A DNA stretch of 18,861 nt from Clostridia bacterium (GCA_045586685.1 JAZNAU010000004.1:1-18861); one strand, 5' to 3'; counted from the first letter of the stretch, positions 1-9,656 are shown. The notes: generated by a model not told the origin, from the sequence alone. Numbers and translations: made by a program.

Positions 1-245
1 AAGAGTTTGCAATTCGACAAATATCTTCTTCCGCGGTACCACTCTTTTTCATCCCGAAAATGGAATGCACTTTAGAGGCCATTACCTCCTAACCCTGTAA
101 CGGGAGTCCCCGTCTGCATTTACTCTCCTAAGGATTTCACTGCAGCCACTCCATGGCGAGTTTCAACAAGTCTGTCCAATGTCTCGCACCAACCGACACC
201 TCTCTGTAAGTACATGGCCTGTTTACTGTTCCATTTCTCTGTGTT
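1..245 (-). promoter_or_regulatory. T-box riboswitch leader, probable Leu specifier (CUC); terminator and regulated gene lie beyond the left edge
   Basis: The minus strand shows Stem I motifs (AGAGAAATGGAACAGTA, AGAGA, GGTGCGA), a specifier loop GAAA-CUC-G (codon at 158-160) and the T-box AAAGAGTGGTACCGCGG (31-47). The UGGU bulge fits a tRNA with discriminator A. Confidence 0.92.
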
Positions 246-252
246 TTAAATC

Positions 253-281
253 ATTATACCATTCCAACACCTATTTGTCAA
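253..281 (-). promoter_or_regulatory. sigma-A promoter of the T-box leader
   Basis: TTGACA (276-281), 17-nt spacer, TATAAT (253-258), with an extended -10 TG. Confidence 0.9.
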
Positions 282-297
282 CACTTTTCTTGAAATT

Positions 298-2283
298 TTA
301 ATCCAATTCTTTTAAGCCGGTGTACAGCTCATAATATCTGCCCTTCATGGCAAGGAGTTCATCATGACTGCCACATTCAATAATTTCGCCTTGCTCCAGT
401 ACCATAATCGCATCTGCATCACGGACTGTTGATAAACGGTGAGCAATTACAAAGGTGGTTCTGTCCTCCATTAGACTATCCATTCCCTTTTCAATCAGCT
501 TTTCTGTTCTGGTATCAACAGAGCTGGTTGCCTCATCCAGTACTAAGATGGGTGCTTTTGAAAGTGAGGCTCTGGCAATATTTAAAAGCTGTCTTTGTCC
601 CTGAGACAAATTGGCTCCGTCCCCTTCCAATCTAGTTTGATATCCTTTTGAAAGTCGTTTAATAAAGCCGTGAGCACTTGCCATTTTCGCAGCTTCGATG
701 ACCTCTTCATCTGTGGCATCCGGTCTTCCGTAACGGATATTTTCCATTACAGTTCCACTAAACAAATGAGTATCCTGCAAAACCATGGCAATATTAGAAC
801 GTAACACATCCCGTTTGATATCACGAATCTCCACACCGTCAATGGTAATACTGCCCTTATCAATATCATAAAACCGATTCAAAAGATTGGTAATGGTGGT
901 TTTCCCCGCACCGGTAGAACCCACAAATGCTACCTTCTGACCAGGTTTTGCATATAAACAAATATCCTTTAGAATCACCTTGTCGGGATTGTAGCCGAAG
1001 GTAACATGGTTTAAAACCACATGCCCTTTCATCCCCTTCATTTCAGACGCATTTTCATGGTCGGGAGTTTCCGGTGGCATATCCATGATTTTAAACACAC
1101 GTTCCGCTCCTGCCAATGCTGAAAAAACAGTATTCATTTGCATGGAAATTTCATTTATCGGCCGTGCAAAATGGCTGGCATAGTTGGCAAAAATCGTTAG
1201 TCCGCCCACCGTTAATGCCAAAAAACTTTCAGCTACAATATTCCCTGCCAAAGTCTGATAACACAGGATTCCGCCTACTCCTACTGTAAGGGCATAGCTG
1301 ACTTTACTTAAATTCCCCATAATCGGCCCCATAATTCCACCAAAGAACTGTGCATAAATCTGTTTATGACGAAGGTCATCGTTCAAAAGAGAAAATTCTT
1401 CAATACATTCTTCCTCGTGATTAAATACCTTTACTACTTTTTGTCCGGTGACTGATTCTTCGATATAGCCGTTTAAAGACCCCAGAGCCGCCTGTTGCGC
1501 AGAGTAAAATTTTCTGCTCCGCTTCGCAACAGCTGAACCTCCAAGGGCAAACACAGGAATAAACAGTACAGTTATCATCGCCAGCAATATATTAGTATAA
1601 ATCATAAAGCATAAGGTGCCAATCAAGGTTACAATTCCCGATATAAGACTGACAATAGTGGTATCCAGCATCAGACCGATATTATCCACATCATTGGTAA
1701 AGCGACTCATGACTTCTCCGGTAGGTGTGGTATCATGAAACCTCACAGGAAGAGTCTGAACTTTATTAAACAAATCGTTTCTGATTTTTTGTATGGTTCC
1801 CTGAGAAATATACAGCATCAGCTTACTCTGACAAAAGGTTGATACAACACCAATCACATAAATGCAGGCTAAGCACAAAATTCCCACAAGCAAATAAGAC
1901 GCCGTATCATTTCCCGTTCCGAAAAGCGGTTCCAGAAAGGGTTTCATTTGCTCTGTAATAGAAACAATCGCCCGATCTGCAAAATCGTTTTTCGAGGGCA
2001 CTCCTGCCACCCGATTGATGATAGGAGAAAGCAGATAAGCTCCCAAAAGGGAGGTTACGGTGCTGAAAAACATGCACAAAAAAACCCAGATAAACCGATA
2101 TTTATATTTTCCGATATAACTAAATAATCGTTTAATGGTATCGGAGGAGTTTTTCGGTTTGCCACTCATATGTTGTCCACGGGGGCCGGGTCCCCCTCTT
2201 CCCGGACCTCTCATAGGACCCATTTTTCCGAAAGATGCCTTGGAATTATATTGTTTTTGCAATTCCTCAAGAGTTCTTGCCAT
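298..2283 (-). CDS. Heterodimeric ABC exporter subunit (TMD+NBD, TM288/LmrD-like)
   Basis: N-terminal TM domain, Walker A GSTGAGKT, degenerate signature LSQGQRQ, canonical Walker B LDEAT and H-loop IAHR. RBS GGAGG; the upstream stop abuts the ATG (TAAATG). Confidence 0.93.
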   Translation of the reverse strand: MARTLEELQKQYNSKASFGKMGPMRGPGRGGPGPRGQHMSGKPKNSSDTIKRLFSYIGKYKYRFIWVFLCMFFSTVTSLLGAYLLSPIINRVAGVPSKNDFADRAIVSITEQMKPFLEPLFGTGNDTASYLLVGILCLACIYVIGVVSTFCQSKLMLYISQGTIQKIRNDLFNKVQTLPVRFHDTTPTGEVMSRFTNDVDNIGLMLDTTIVSLISGIVTLIGTLCFMIYTNILLAMITVLFIPVFALGGSAVAKRSRKFYSAQQAALGSLNGYIEESVTGQKVVKVFNHEEECIEEFSLLNDDLRHKQIYAQFFGGIMGPIMGNLSKVSYALTVGVGGILCYQTLAGNIVAESFLALTVGGLTIFANYASHFARPINEISMQMNTVFSALAGAERVFKIMDMPPETPDHENASEMKGMKGHVVLNHVTFGYNPDKVILKDICLYAKPGQKVAFVGSTGAGKTTITNLLNRFYDIDKGSITIDGVEIRDIKRDVLRSNIAMVLQDTHLFSGTVMENIRYGRPDATDEEVIEAAKMASAHGFIKRLSKGYQTRLEGDGANLSQGQRQLLNIARASLSKAPILVLDEATSSVDTRTEKLIEKGMDSLMEDRTTFVIAHRLSTVRDADAIMVLEQGEIIECGSHDELLAMKGRYYELYTGLKELD

Positions 2284-4047
2284 TTATGCCTCCTCCTTTC
2301 CGTCCATCTGCGAATAATAAATTTCCTGATATTCTTTATTATTTGCCAGCAATTCTTTGTGAGTTCCCAATCCCGTAATCTGACCTTCCTCCATAACCAC
2401 TATCATATCTGCATCCATTACCGAAGTAATGCGCTGAGCAATAATGATTCTGGTAGAATCATGTAATTCTTGACGAAATGCGTTTCTTAAATTTGCCTCC
2501 GTCGCTGTATCCACCGCACTGGTAGAATCGTCTAAAATTAAAATTTTTGGTTTTTTCAGCAATGCTCTGGCAATACAAAGACGTTGCTTTTGTCCGCCTG
2601 AAACGTTCACTCCTCCCTGACCAAGCTCCGTCTGGTAACCATTTGTAAAGTTTTTAATAAATAAATCTGCCTGTGCATATTCTGCATTTTTATATAACTC
2701 TTCATCAGTAGCATTCTGATCTCCCCAACGAAGATTGCTTTCAATGGTTCCGGAAAACAAAACATTTTTTTGCAGTACGATTCCTATTCCGTCTCTTAAG
2801 TGCTCCAACGAGTATTCCTTTACATTTACTCCATCAACCAGCACTTCCCCTTCATCGGCATCATACAAACGGGGAATCAGAGATACAAGCGTACTTTTCC
2901 CGCATCCTGTAGAACCGATAATTCCCACAGTAGAACCGGATGGAATTTCCAAGTTAATGCGGTTTAATACCATTTCTTCACTATCTTTATAATAACGAAA
3001 GCTCACATCCTTAAAGGTAACCCTTCCCTGTTCGACCTTCCGTTCCTTTTGAGAGGCTTGCTCGTCTGTCAAATCAAGCGTTTCATCTAACACTTCGCAA
3101 ATACGCCGACCCGAAGCAAGCGCACGGGAAGCGTTCATAAAGAGCATGGTCACCATCATAAGAGAAAACAAAATCTGGTTAACATAAGTCAAAAAAGCAG
3201 ATAAATCCCCTACCTCCATACCAAAACCGGTTCGCACAAACTCAATTACCTGATTACCGCCCAACCAAAGAACTACCAAGGTAGTCAGGTTCATCAGAAG
3301 CATCATTAAAGGTTGCATGAAAATCATAATATTCATGGCATCGATTCCGGCACGTTTCAATTCTCCGTTGGCATCAGCAAACTTTTTCTTTTCAAAGTCT
3401 TCCCGTACAAAGGATTTCACCACTCGAACATTGGTTAAATTTTCCTGAACCGTAGAATTCAATGCATCAATTTTCGTTTGCATTCTGCTAAATCTGGGAA
3501 ACCCTTTTCTGATAATCAAAAACTGTGTTATTAAAATAGCCGGAATTGCAACAGCCAAAACCGTTGCCAATCGTGAATTTAAGGATACCGCCATAATAAC
3601 AGCGCCAATTAACATTCCGGGCGAGCGAAGACACAATCTGAGCATCATGTTCACAAAATTCTGAAGCTGAGTTACATCGTTGGTTAATCTTGTTACCAAC
3701 GAACCGGTTGAAAATTTATCAATATTGGCAAAGGAAAATTTCTGCACTTTACGATAAATATCCCGTCTTAAATCAGCCCCGAAATTCACAGAAGCTTTCG
3801 CACCAAAATATGCACCGCCCACACCCCCTAACATCATAAGGAGTGCCGTTCCGATCATAGCGGCACAAACGGCTGCGATATACCCGTTTCCATTACCTGT
3901 ATTTCCTGTCATCCCTACTCCTTCATTTATGACCTGCGCCAGAAATTTCGGAAGAAATACTTCTCCTACAACCTCTACAATCATGCAAAGAGGTCCTAAT
4001 AAAAAATAAATCCAATAAGGCTTAATATAACGAATCCACCGTTTCAT
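2284..4047 (-). CDS. Heterodimeric ABC exporter subunit (TMD+NBD, TM287/LmrC-like)
   Basis: Walker A GSTGCGKS, signature VSGGQKQR, non-canonical Walker B LDDS and H-loop IAQR, giving a degenerate site. ATGA overlap with the upstream MarR gene. Confidence 0.93.
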   Translation of the reverse strand: MKRWIRYIKPYWIYFLLGPLCMIVEVVGEVFLPKFLAQVINEGVGMTGNTGNGNGYIAAVCAAMIGTALLMMLGGVGGAYFGAKASVNFGADLRRDIYRKVQKFSFANIDKFSTGSLVTRLTNDVTQLQNFVNMMLRLCLRSPGMLIGAVIMAVSLNSRLATVLAVAIPAILITQFLIIRKGFPRFSRMQTKIDALNSTVQENLTNVRVVKSFVREDFEKKKFADANGELKRAGIDAMNIMIFMQPLMMLLMNLTTLVVLWLGGNQVIEFVRTGFGMEVGDLSAFLTYVNQILFSLMMVTMLFMNASRALASGRRICEVLDETLDLTDEQASQKERKVEQGRVTFKDVSFRYYKDSEEMVLNRINLEIPSGSTVGIIGSTGCGKSTLVSLIPRLYDADEGEVLVDGVNVKEYSLEHLRDGIGIVLQKNVLFSGTIESNLRWGDQNATDEELYKNAEYAQADLFIKNFTNGYQTELGQGGVNVSGGQKQRLCIARALLKKPKILILDDSTSAVDTATEANLRNAFRQELHDSTRIIIAQRITSVMDADMIVVMEEGQITGLGTHKELLANNKEYQEIYYSQMDGKEEA

Positions 4048-4511
4048 TTCAACTCTACCTTTCTCTGTCTTTGTTCTAAGTCCTTTAAATTCTGCAACAC
4101 TTTCCCCAAAGTTTTTTGCACTTGCAGTAATTCCTGTTCGTCAATCCCCTCAAATATTTCAATATCCTTTTCCTGAAACAGTATCTTGGATTGTTCAACC
4201 ACACATCTTCCCTTATTCGTCAAACCAATTTCGTGATACCGACCATCTTCTTGGTCAACATTCTTTTTGATATATCCGCTCTGTTCCAATTTTTTTATGG
4301 TCGTTGCCACTGCTGCAGGACTAATATCCAGCTCTGTTGCAATTTCCCTCTGGGAAGGCATTTCCGAATGTCTTGACAAAAACATTAGTAAAAAGTGCTG
4401 ACTGTGATGAATCCCTAACTGCTGAATTTTACCATCCATCACCCGTCTGTTCAAACGTGATGTTTTAATAATACTTCCCATTATGTCTCGATATAATGTT
4501 TTCTTGCTCAA
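4044..4511 (-). CDS. MarR-family transcriptional regulator
   Basis: 155 aa with a wHTH (SQREIATELDISPAAVATTIKKLEQSGYI) and a DGR...LT.KG wing. TTG start with RBS GAGGTGAG; first gene of the ABC operon. Confidence 0.92.
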   Translation of the reverse strand: MSKKTLYRDIMGSIIKTSRLNRRVMDGKIQQLGIHHSQHFLLMFLSRHSEMPSQREIATELDISPAAVATTIKKLEQSGYIKKNVDQEDGRYHEIGLTNKGRCVVEQSKILFQEKDIEIFEGIDEQELLQVQKTLGKVLQNLKDLEQRQRKVELK

Positions 4512-4538
4512 AATCTCACCTCACAAATAATAAACCAC

Positions 4539-4587
4539 TTAACAGTTAACTAATTAACAGTATACCATAAACAACAACTTTTGTCAA
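4539..4587 (-). promoter_or_regulatory. sigma-A promoter of the marR-ABC operon with a probable MarR operator
   Basis: TTGACA (4582-4587), 17 nt, TATACT (4559-4564), extended TG. Overlapping inverted repeats TTAACAGTTAA (4539-4549) and GTTAA-CTAA-TTAAC (4545-4558) lie over the expected start site. Confidence 0.8.
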
Positions 4588-4601
4588 GAAAAATGCATAA
4601 C

Positions 4602-4629
4602 AAAAAGGGTGGCGATGAGCCACCCTCTT
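4602..4629 (-). terminator. Rho-independent terminator after the SLH gene
   Basis: Stem AGGGTGGC/GCCACCCT (4606-4626) followed by a T-run on the minus strand. Confidence 0.85.
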
Positions 4630-4639
4630 CAATCATTAT

Positions 4640-6295
4640 TTATTTTACTTTCAAAATCACAGGTCCGTAAATAACAGGCATTGTCGGGTCGGAAGAAAGT
4701 GCATAATCCAAACTTACATCAATGAACAATTCTGTTCCGTTTGTCAAAACTTGATCCTGACCTTCGGTTGCGTGAAACAACTGATGATAAGTACCGCTCT
4801 TTCCATTCATATTCTTCACAGCCAGTTTCACACGGCTGGTAAATCCGTTATCGTTGTTTGCAACCAGAGAAGGATAATAGGTAAACTGAACATCGATACC
4901 AAGTTCATCATGAATTCTCTTGGTTTCCTGAGTCAAACGGCTTACAAACATACCTCCAAATTCCCGTGAGAAATCGTAGATACCAATAGGATTCCGTTCT
5001 CCGCTTTCTGCAAATGCAGGCATTTTGAAAAATTGTGCCGTATAAACGTCAGAAGGCATATCCTCTAAAACACAACGGAAATACTGAGCGGTTTGTGGAT
5101 ATTCCCAAGGATTTTGTTCCAAAGACATATCGTTTATTTCCGTAGTTTTATTCGCATCCCATGTGGTGGTATATGCAGTCTGACTGCCAATCAAGTGATC
5201 CAGTTGCAGCAGAACCAACGCAATATCATGCATAGTAGCGGTCTTTTCAGGGCGAATGTTACGGTCTGAATACAAAGCAACACCCTTCTTATTCGCATAA
5301 GTCAAGCAAGTATATGCAGAATTTTTTTCCACTTCTTTAACATCTGCATAAACAGGACTGCTGGTATCATAAGCGATTGTGCTGTGTGCTTTTTTAATCA
5401 TACCAAAAGTGAGAGATGCAATCATATCCTGATTGTTTGCAGGCTTATCAATAAATGCAGCATTGATCACATCATCCCCTAAGCAATTCTTTCCAAGTAC
5501 GTATAATTCCTTGGAATATTCATGCTCAAAAGGAATCTCAACTAAAAATTTACTGTATGTCAGGTTATTTTCCTCGGATGCCAGACGAATAGCAGCACAA
5601 GCCAATTCGCCATTGGTTACTGTAGCATTAGGGTCATATTCCCGATCAAACAAAGCAGTACCGTCGAACACCTTCTTTAAGATTTCATCAGGCACCATAG
5701 AAGAAAATTCATTCGCCTTGCTGGTGGTATCAATGGCTCTGGAACGGATAATCAAGGATGCCACTTCAGCTCTCGAAATCCCATCCTCCAGACGAAGGTT
5801 GAGTCCGTCATCACCAATCATAACACCATACATATAAATCCATGCAGCAGCATCTTTATTTTCTGCCTGATCAGTAATAATAGAAGGTGCTGCAATGCCT
5901 TTAGGACTTCCTGCACGTTTCCATAAAATAGAAATAACATCACCGCGGGTCATAGGTTCATCCGGATAAAAACAGTTGTTTTCATCCCCTTCCACGCCGG
6001 AATACATAACATATTCATAGCTCCAATGTTCCGTTGTTACATCAGCAAAATCCGTTTTTCTCTTTTTCTCTGTTTTTCCAATCATGCGGACAAACTCTGC
6101 TCGTGTAACCTTTTTATCAGGCTCAAAATAGCCTTCCGGAGTACCGCTTACTGTCTTTTCTTCAACCAGTTGGCTGACAGCTGCATACGCCCAATGGTCT
6201 TGAGGCAAATCGGGAAAGTTTGCTGTACCAAAAACGGTTACTGTTCCCATCACCAACACTACACATAACAACACTGCAATACCAATTTTTCTCAT
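4640..6295 (-). CDS. S-layer homology (SLH) domain cell-surface protein
   Basis: Signal peptide; SLH repeats FPDLPQDHWAY...FEPDKKVTRAEF, FADV..EHWS...FYPDEPMTRGD and ...ISRAEVA. RBS AAGGAG. Confidence 0.88.
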   Translation of the reverse strand: MRKIGIAVLLCVVLVMGTVTVFGTANFPDLPQDHWAYAAVSQLVEEKTVSGTPEGYFEPDKKVTRAEFVRMIGKTEKKRKTDFADVTTEHWSYEYVMYSGVEGDENNCFYPDEPMTRGDVISILWKRAGSPKGIAAPSIITDQAENKDAAAWIYMYGVMIGDDGLNLRLEDGISRAEVASLIIRSRAIDTTSKANEFSSMVPDEILKKVFDGTALFDREYDPNATVTNGELACAAIRLASEENNLTYSKFLVEIPFEHEYSKELYVLGKNCLGDDVINAAFIDKPANNQDMIASLTFGMIKKAHSTIAYDTSSPVYADVKEVEKNSAYTCLTYANKKGVALYSDRNIRPEKTATMHDIALVLLQLDHLIGSQTAYTTTWDANKTTEINDMSLEQNPWEYPQTAQYFRCVLEDMPSDVYTAQFFKMPAFAESGERNPIGIYDFSREFGGMFVSRLTQETKRIHDELGIDVQFTYYPSLVANNDNGFTSRVKLAVKNMNGKSGTYHQLFHATEGQDQVLTNGTELFIDVSLDYALSSDPTMPVIYGPVILKVK

Positions 6296-6322
6296 TTTTT
6301 CTTTTCTCCTTTTTGTTTTTTA

Positions 6323-7009
6323 TTATTTTTCTACATAACGACTTTTCATATATCTTTTGTTGGACTGCAACAACACAGAACATATAATAGAAATTTGTAA
6401 CAGCCATTCTGCAACCGGATAATAAACCGCTAACGTCCATGCCTTTACGCTCAATTTTAAAATACTTGCTAACAATGGAGTTTTTTCCAAATCCAACATT
6501 TCGGTCAGCTGCAACATATAAATTAAAAATAAAAGGCTAAGAATTCCAACTATCGCAATACTGTTGATACAAATACTGATGTTTTTCATAACCGTGCTTT
6601 TATACAAGCCTTTCTTTTTATTGGTTTGAAAAATCAGAATCCCTAAAATTGCCACATAAATCAAATTACATGCTACAACTTGATTGCTGACGTTAAACTG
6701 GTATCCTGTGGAAAGCCCCGTCTGTAAAGCCACTACCACAGACCAAGCAATACATAACACACCGGCAAAAATACTACTCTTTTTCACGTTGCTGTGAATA
6801 GAGTCCTGAAAAAAAGCAAACCCTTCAATAACAAACAATATTTGAAATACAAAAAAAGGTATATTATCAAATGCTCCCAATATTATGTACAAAGCAGCTG
6901 TAAGCAAAATGAAAGCTTTTCGTTCATACAATGTATGTTGCCTTTTTGGTTTTTTACTTTTTGTTGCTTGATATATTTTTTTGGATTTTAGTGCCATAGC
7001 GCCCTCCAT
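6323..7009 (-). CDS. Hypothetical polytopic membrane protein (start may be the ATG at 6997)
   Basis: 228-aa ORF with a basic N-terminus and about 5-6 hydrophobic segments. GGAGG lies just before the ATG at 6997; candidate promoter TTTACT (7050-7055)-17-TATAAT (7027-7032). Its stop is 27 nt from the SLH gene start. Confidence 0.7.
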   Translation of the reverse strand: MEGAMALKSKKIYQATKSKKPKRQHTLYERKAFILLTAALYIILGAFDNIPFFVFQILFVIEGFAFFQDSIHSNVKKSSIFAGVLCIAWSVVVALQTGLSTGYQFNVSNQVVACNLIYVAILGILIFQTNKKKGLYKSTVMKNISICINSIAIVGILSLLFLIYMLQLTEMLDLEKTPLLASILKLSVKAWTLAVYYPVAEWLLQISIICSVLLQSNKRYMKSRYVEK

Positions 7010-7063
7010 TTATCTTCTATAACTTCATTATATAATAAATCAGAAGAAAAGTAAAGAGATTTT

Positions 7064-7103
7064 TAAAAAAAGAGACGTTTTTCGCAAAAACGAAAAACGT
7101 CCC
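7064..7103 (-). terminator. Rho-independent terminator of the cmk-plsC-ispH/rpsA operon
   Basis: Stem GACGTTTTTCG/CGAAAAACGTC (7074-7101) followed by a T-run on the minus strand. Confidence 0.85.
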
Positions 7104-7115
7104 GTTTTATTCTGA

Positions 7116-9065
7116 TTATTCTTCTGCAGGAGCTTCTTCAACTACTTCTGCCACTTCTTCAGCAACCGGAGCTTCTGTAGGTTCAATTAGAGCACGGATA
7201 CTCAAACTAATTTTTTGATTTTCCGGATCAATTTCCAAAATTTTCGCCTGAACTTCCTGACCAACACTCAGAACATCAGAAGGCTTTCCGATTCTGCGGT
7301 CAGCAATCTGAGAAATGTGAATCAATCCGTCAGCATTGGGAACAACCTCTACAAATGCACCAAAGGGCACCAAACGAACGACCTTACAAGTAATTACGTC
7401 CCCTGCGTGATACTGTTCAACCTTCTTCCAAGGATTGTCCTCAGGATCTCTGTAACCCAAAGAAATCTTTCCGGTTTCCTGATTGAAATCTATGATATAG
7501 GTATCAACAATATCCCCAACCTTCATTACTTCGGAAGGATGCTTGATTCTCTTCCAGGAAAGTTCAGAAACATGAATCAAACCGTCAACACCTCCGATGT
7601 CAACAAAGGCACCAAAACTGGTAATAGATTTTACAACACCCTGATACTTTTTACCAATTTCAATTTGGCTCCACAATTCCTTGGATTTTGCTTCTTTTTC
7701 TTCCATCAGAATTGCCTTAACAGAACCTACAACCTTATGACGTCTGGGATTCATATCAATAATACGAACGGGCAGCTCCTGGCCAACCAAGGGAGATAAA
7801 TCTCTCATAAAGCGGTCGCTTGCCAAAGAGGCAGGAACAAACACTCTCGTGCCGCTTACAACCATGATCATGCCGCCGTTTACAACTTCAATTACATGAC
7901 CTTTCAGATCCTTATTTTCTGCCATAGCCTGTTCAATTTCTTTCCACCCTTGAATGCTGGCTATCTTTTTCTTGGACAGTTGAATTGTGCCCTCTACATC
8001 GTTTACGCGAACAACGAATACATCAATTTCGTCGCCAACCTTTACGATGTCCTCCGGACGTGCATCCGGTTGTTCACTCAATTCTCCTACAGGGATAAAG
8101 CCATCAGATTTTGCACCAAGATCAACATAAACCTCGGTGGGCGTAATACTGATTACAGTCCCCCTTACGATATCCCCTGTATTTAAAGTTTTGAATGATT
8201 TTTCCAACTCATCTGCAAAATTCAATTCTGCCTGAGCTGATGTGTTTTCTGTTGCCATTTTATGAACAACCTCCTTTATTATATACGCAGGTGTCGATGC
8301 GCCTGCGGTAATACCAATGTTTCCGTCAGGTATATCGGGTAACCGATCTGCCTGTTCAATCAGATAAGTGGGACAATATTTTCCGCAAATATCCGCTAAT
8401 TTTTTTGTATTGGAGCTGTTTTTTCCTCCAATTACGATCATAGCATCCGACTTTTTTGCCAATTCCTTCGCTTCGGTTTGCCGTTCTTTTGTAGCATTAC
8501 AAATCGTGTCAAAAACCTTGGGATTCCATGGTTCTAATACAGTCAGCACCTGCTCCCACAGTGTTCTGTTCAGTGTTGTCTGTGCCACAATGCAAAGGGT
8601 TTTCCCGGTAAAATCCAATTCCTTTGCCCGTTGGGGAGAATCTAAAATAACAGCCTTATTATTGCACCAGCCGTTGATTCCAATCACCTCAGGATGGGTA
8701 CTGTCTCCCACAATAACAATCTGCTCCCCCAATTTCTCATGCTCTTGCACAATTTTGTGAATTTTTTTCACAAAGGGACAGGTTGTGTCAATATATGAAA
8801 TATCCTGTTGTTCCATAAGGTCGTACGCCGATTTTGGAACTCCGTGTGCCCGTATGACCACCGAGGTTTCATGATCCGGTACTTCCTCAAGGGAGTCGAT
8901 CACAATCGCCCCCTTTTCCTCCAGGTCTTTTACCACCTGAGGATTATGAATAATAGGACCTAACATGCATATTTTTTGATTTTGCTCTATCTTTTCATAA
9001 ACAATCCCTACTGCACGGTTTACTCCAAAACAAAAACCGCCTGTTTTCGCTACCGTTAGCTTCAT
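7116..9065 (-). CDS. ispH: Bifunctional 4-hydroxy-3-methylbut-2-enyl diphosphate reductase (IspH/LytB) / ribosomal protein S1 fusion
   Basis: Three Fe-S Cys motifs (GFCFGV, DTTCPFV, DTICNAT) and TAGASTP, followed by four S1 repeats (e.g. FGAFVDIGGVDGLIHVSELSW). Confidence 0.95.
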   Translation of the reverse strand: MKLTVAKTGGFCFGVNRAVGIVYEKIEQNQKICMLGPIIHNPQVVKDLEEKGAIVIDSLEEVPDHETSVVIRAHGVPKSAYDLMEQQDISYIDTTCPFVKKIHKIVQEHEKLGEQIVIVGDSTHPEVIGINGWCNNKAVILDSPQRAKELDFTGKTLCIVAQTTLNRTLWEQVLTVLEPWNPKVFDTICNATKERQTEAKELAKKSDAMIVIGGKNSSNTKKLADICGKYCPTYLIEQADRLPDIPDGNIGITAGASTPAYIIKEVVHKMATENTSAQAELNFADELEKSFKTLNTGDIVRGTVISITPTEVYVDLGAKSDGFIPVGELSEQPDARPEDIVKVGDEIDVFVVRVNDVEGTIQLSKKKIASIQGWKEIEQAMAENKDLKGHVIEVVNGGMIMVVSGTRVFVPASLASDRFMRDLSPLVGQELPVRIIDMNPRRHKVVGSVKAILMEEKEAKSKELWSQIEIGKKYQGVVKSITSFGAFVDIGGVDGLIHVSELSWKRIKHPSEVMKVGDIVDTYIIDFNQETGKISLGYRDPEDNPWKKVEQYHAGDVITCKVVRLVPFGAFVEVVPNADGLIHISQIADRRIGKPSDVLSVGQEVQAKILEIDPENQKISLSIRALIEPTEAPVAEEVAEVVEEAPAEE

Positions 9066-9643
9066 TGTTCTGCCTCCGCCAGCATTAAAATGTGATTCAT
9101 TAACTGATCGCTCAGGTTGTCTAATTGTTCTCCTTCCAGCCGTTGGCCGTAATACTCCTCAAAGGAAACCGGTTCACCGTAAGTAATCTTAATTTTAGAA
9201 AAAAGACGATATGTACTTTTAATTCCTACAGGAATAATAGGCACCTTCGCTCTCTGAGCAATCAAAACCGCTCCAGCCTTAGGCGTCATTTTCTTTCCGG
9301 TTTTGTTTCTCTTCCCTTCAGGAAAAATCAATGTTACTTTCTCTTGCTTTAAAATGGAAAGGGCGGTTTTTACAGCACTTAAGCTGTTGCTATTCCGATT
9401 CACGGGAAACGCACCCAGACTTTGGATTAACCATCTAAATAAGGGAAAGGAAAATAATTCCTGCTTTGCCATAAAGGTCAACTGACGGTTACTAAACGCC
9501 GCCACCACTGCCGGATCATAATTGCTGGTATGATTTGGACAAACGAGAAAGCCACCTGTCTTTGGAATGTTTCCCTTTACTTCCACACGAAACAGCAATC
9601 TTAAATATAAGCCCACAACTGTCTTTGCAATCCGGTAAAACAA
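9062..9643 (-). CDS. plsC: 1-acyl-sn-glycerol-3-phosphate acyltransferase
   Basis: Motifs NHTSNYD (HxxxxD), FMAKQELF and IFPEGKR. Start revised to the TTG at 9643 behind RBS GAGGGTG, because the track start at 9676 overlaps cmk. Confidence 0.9.
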   Translation of the reverse strand: MFYRIAKTVVGLYLRLLFRVEVKGNIPKTGGFLVCPNHTSNYDPAVVAAFSNRQLTFMAKQELFSFPLFRWLIQSLGAFPVNRNSNSLSAVKTALSILKQEKVTLIFPEGKRNKTGKKMTPKAGAVLIAQRAKVPIIPVGIKSTYRLFSKIKITYGEPVSFEEYYGQRLEGEQLDNLSDQLMNHILMLAEAEQ

Positions 9644-9656
9644 GACGACACCCTCT

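Noticed and set aside
2160-2230. GC-rich Gly/Pro-coding stretch at the ABC subunit N-terminus
   Set aside because: Common low-complexity N-terminal extension in this exporter subfamily; not a repeat element.
2284-2620. Degenerate Walker B and H-loop in the ABC subunit as a sign of pseudogenisation
   Set aside because: Normal asymmetry of TM287/288-type heterodimeric exporters.
7215-8760. Several + strand ORFs (194, 96, 130 aa) antisense to ispH/rpsA
   Set aside because: Shadow ORFs of a conserved, codon-biased gene.
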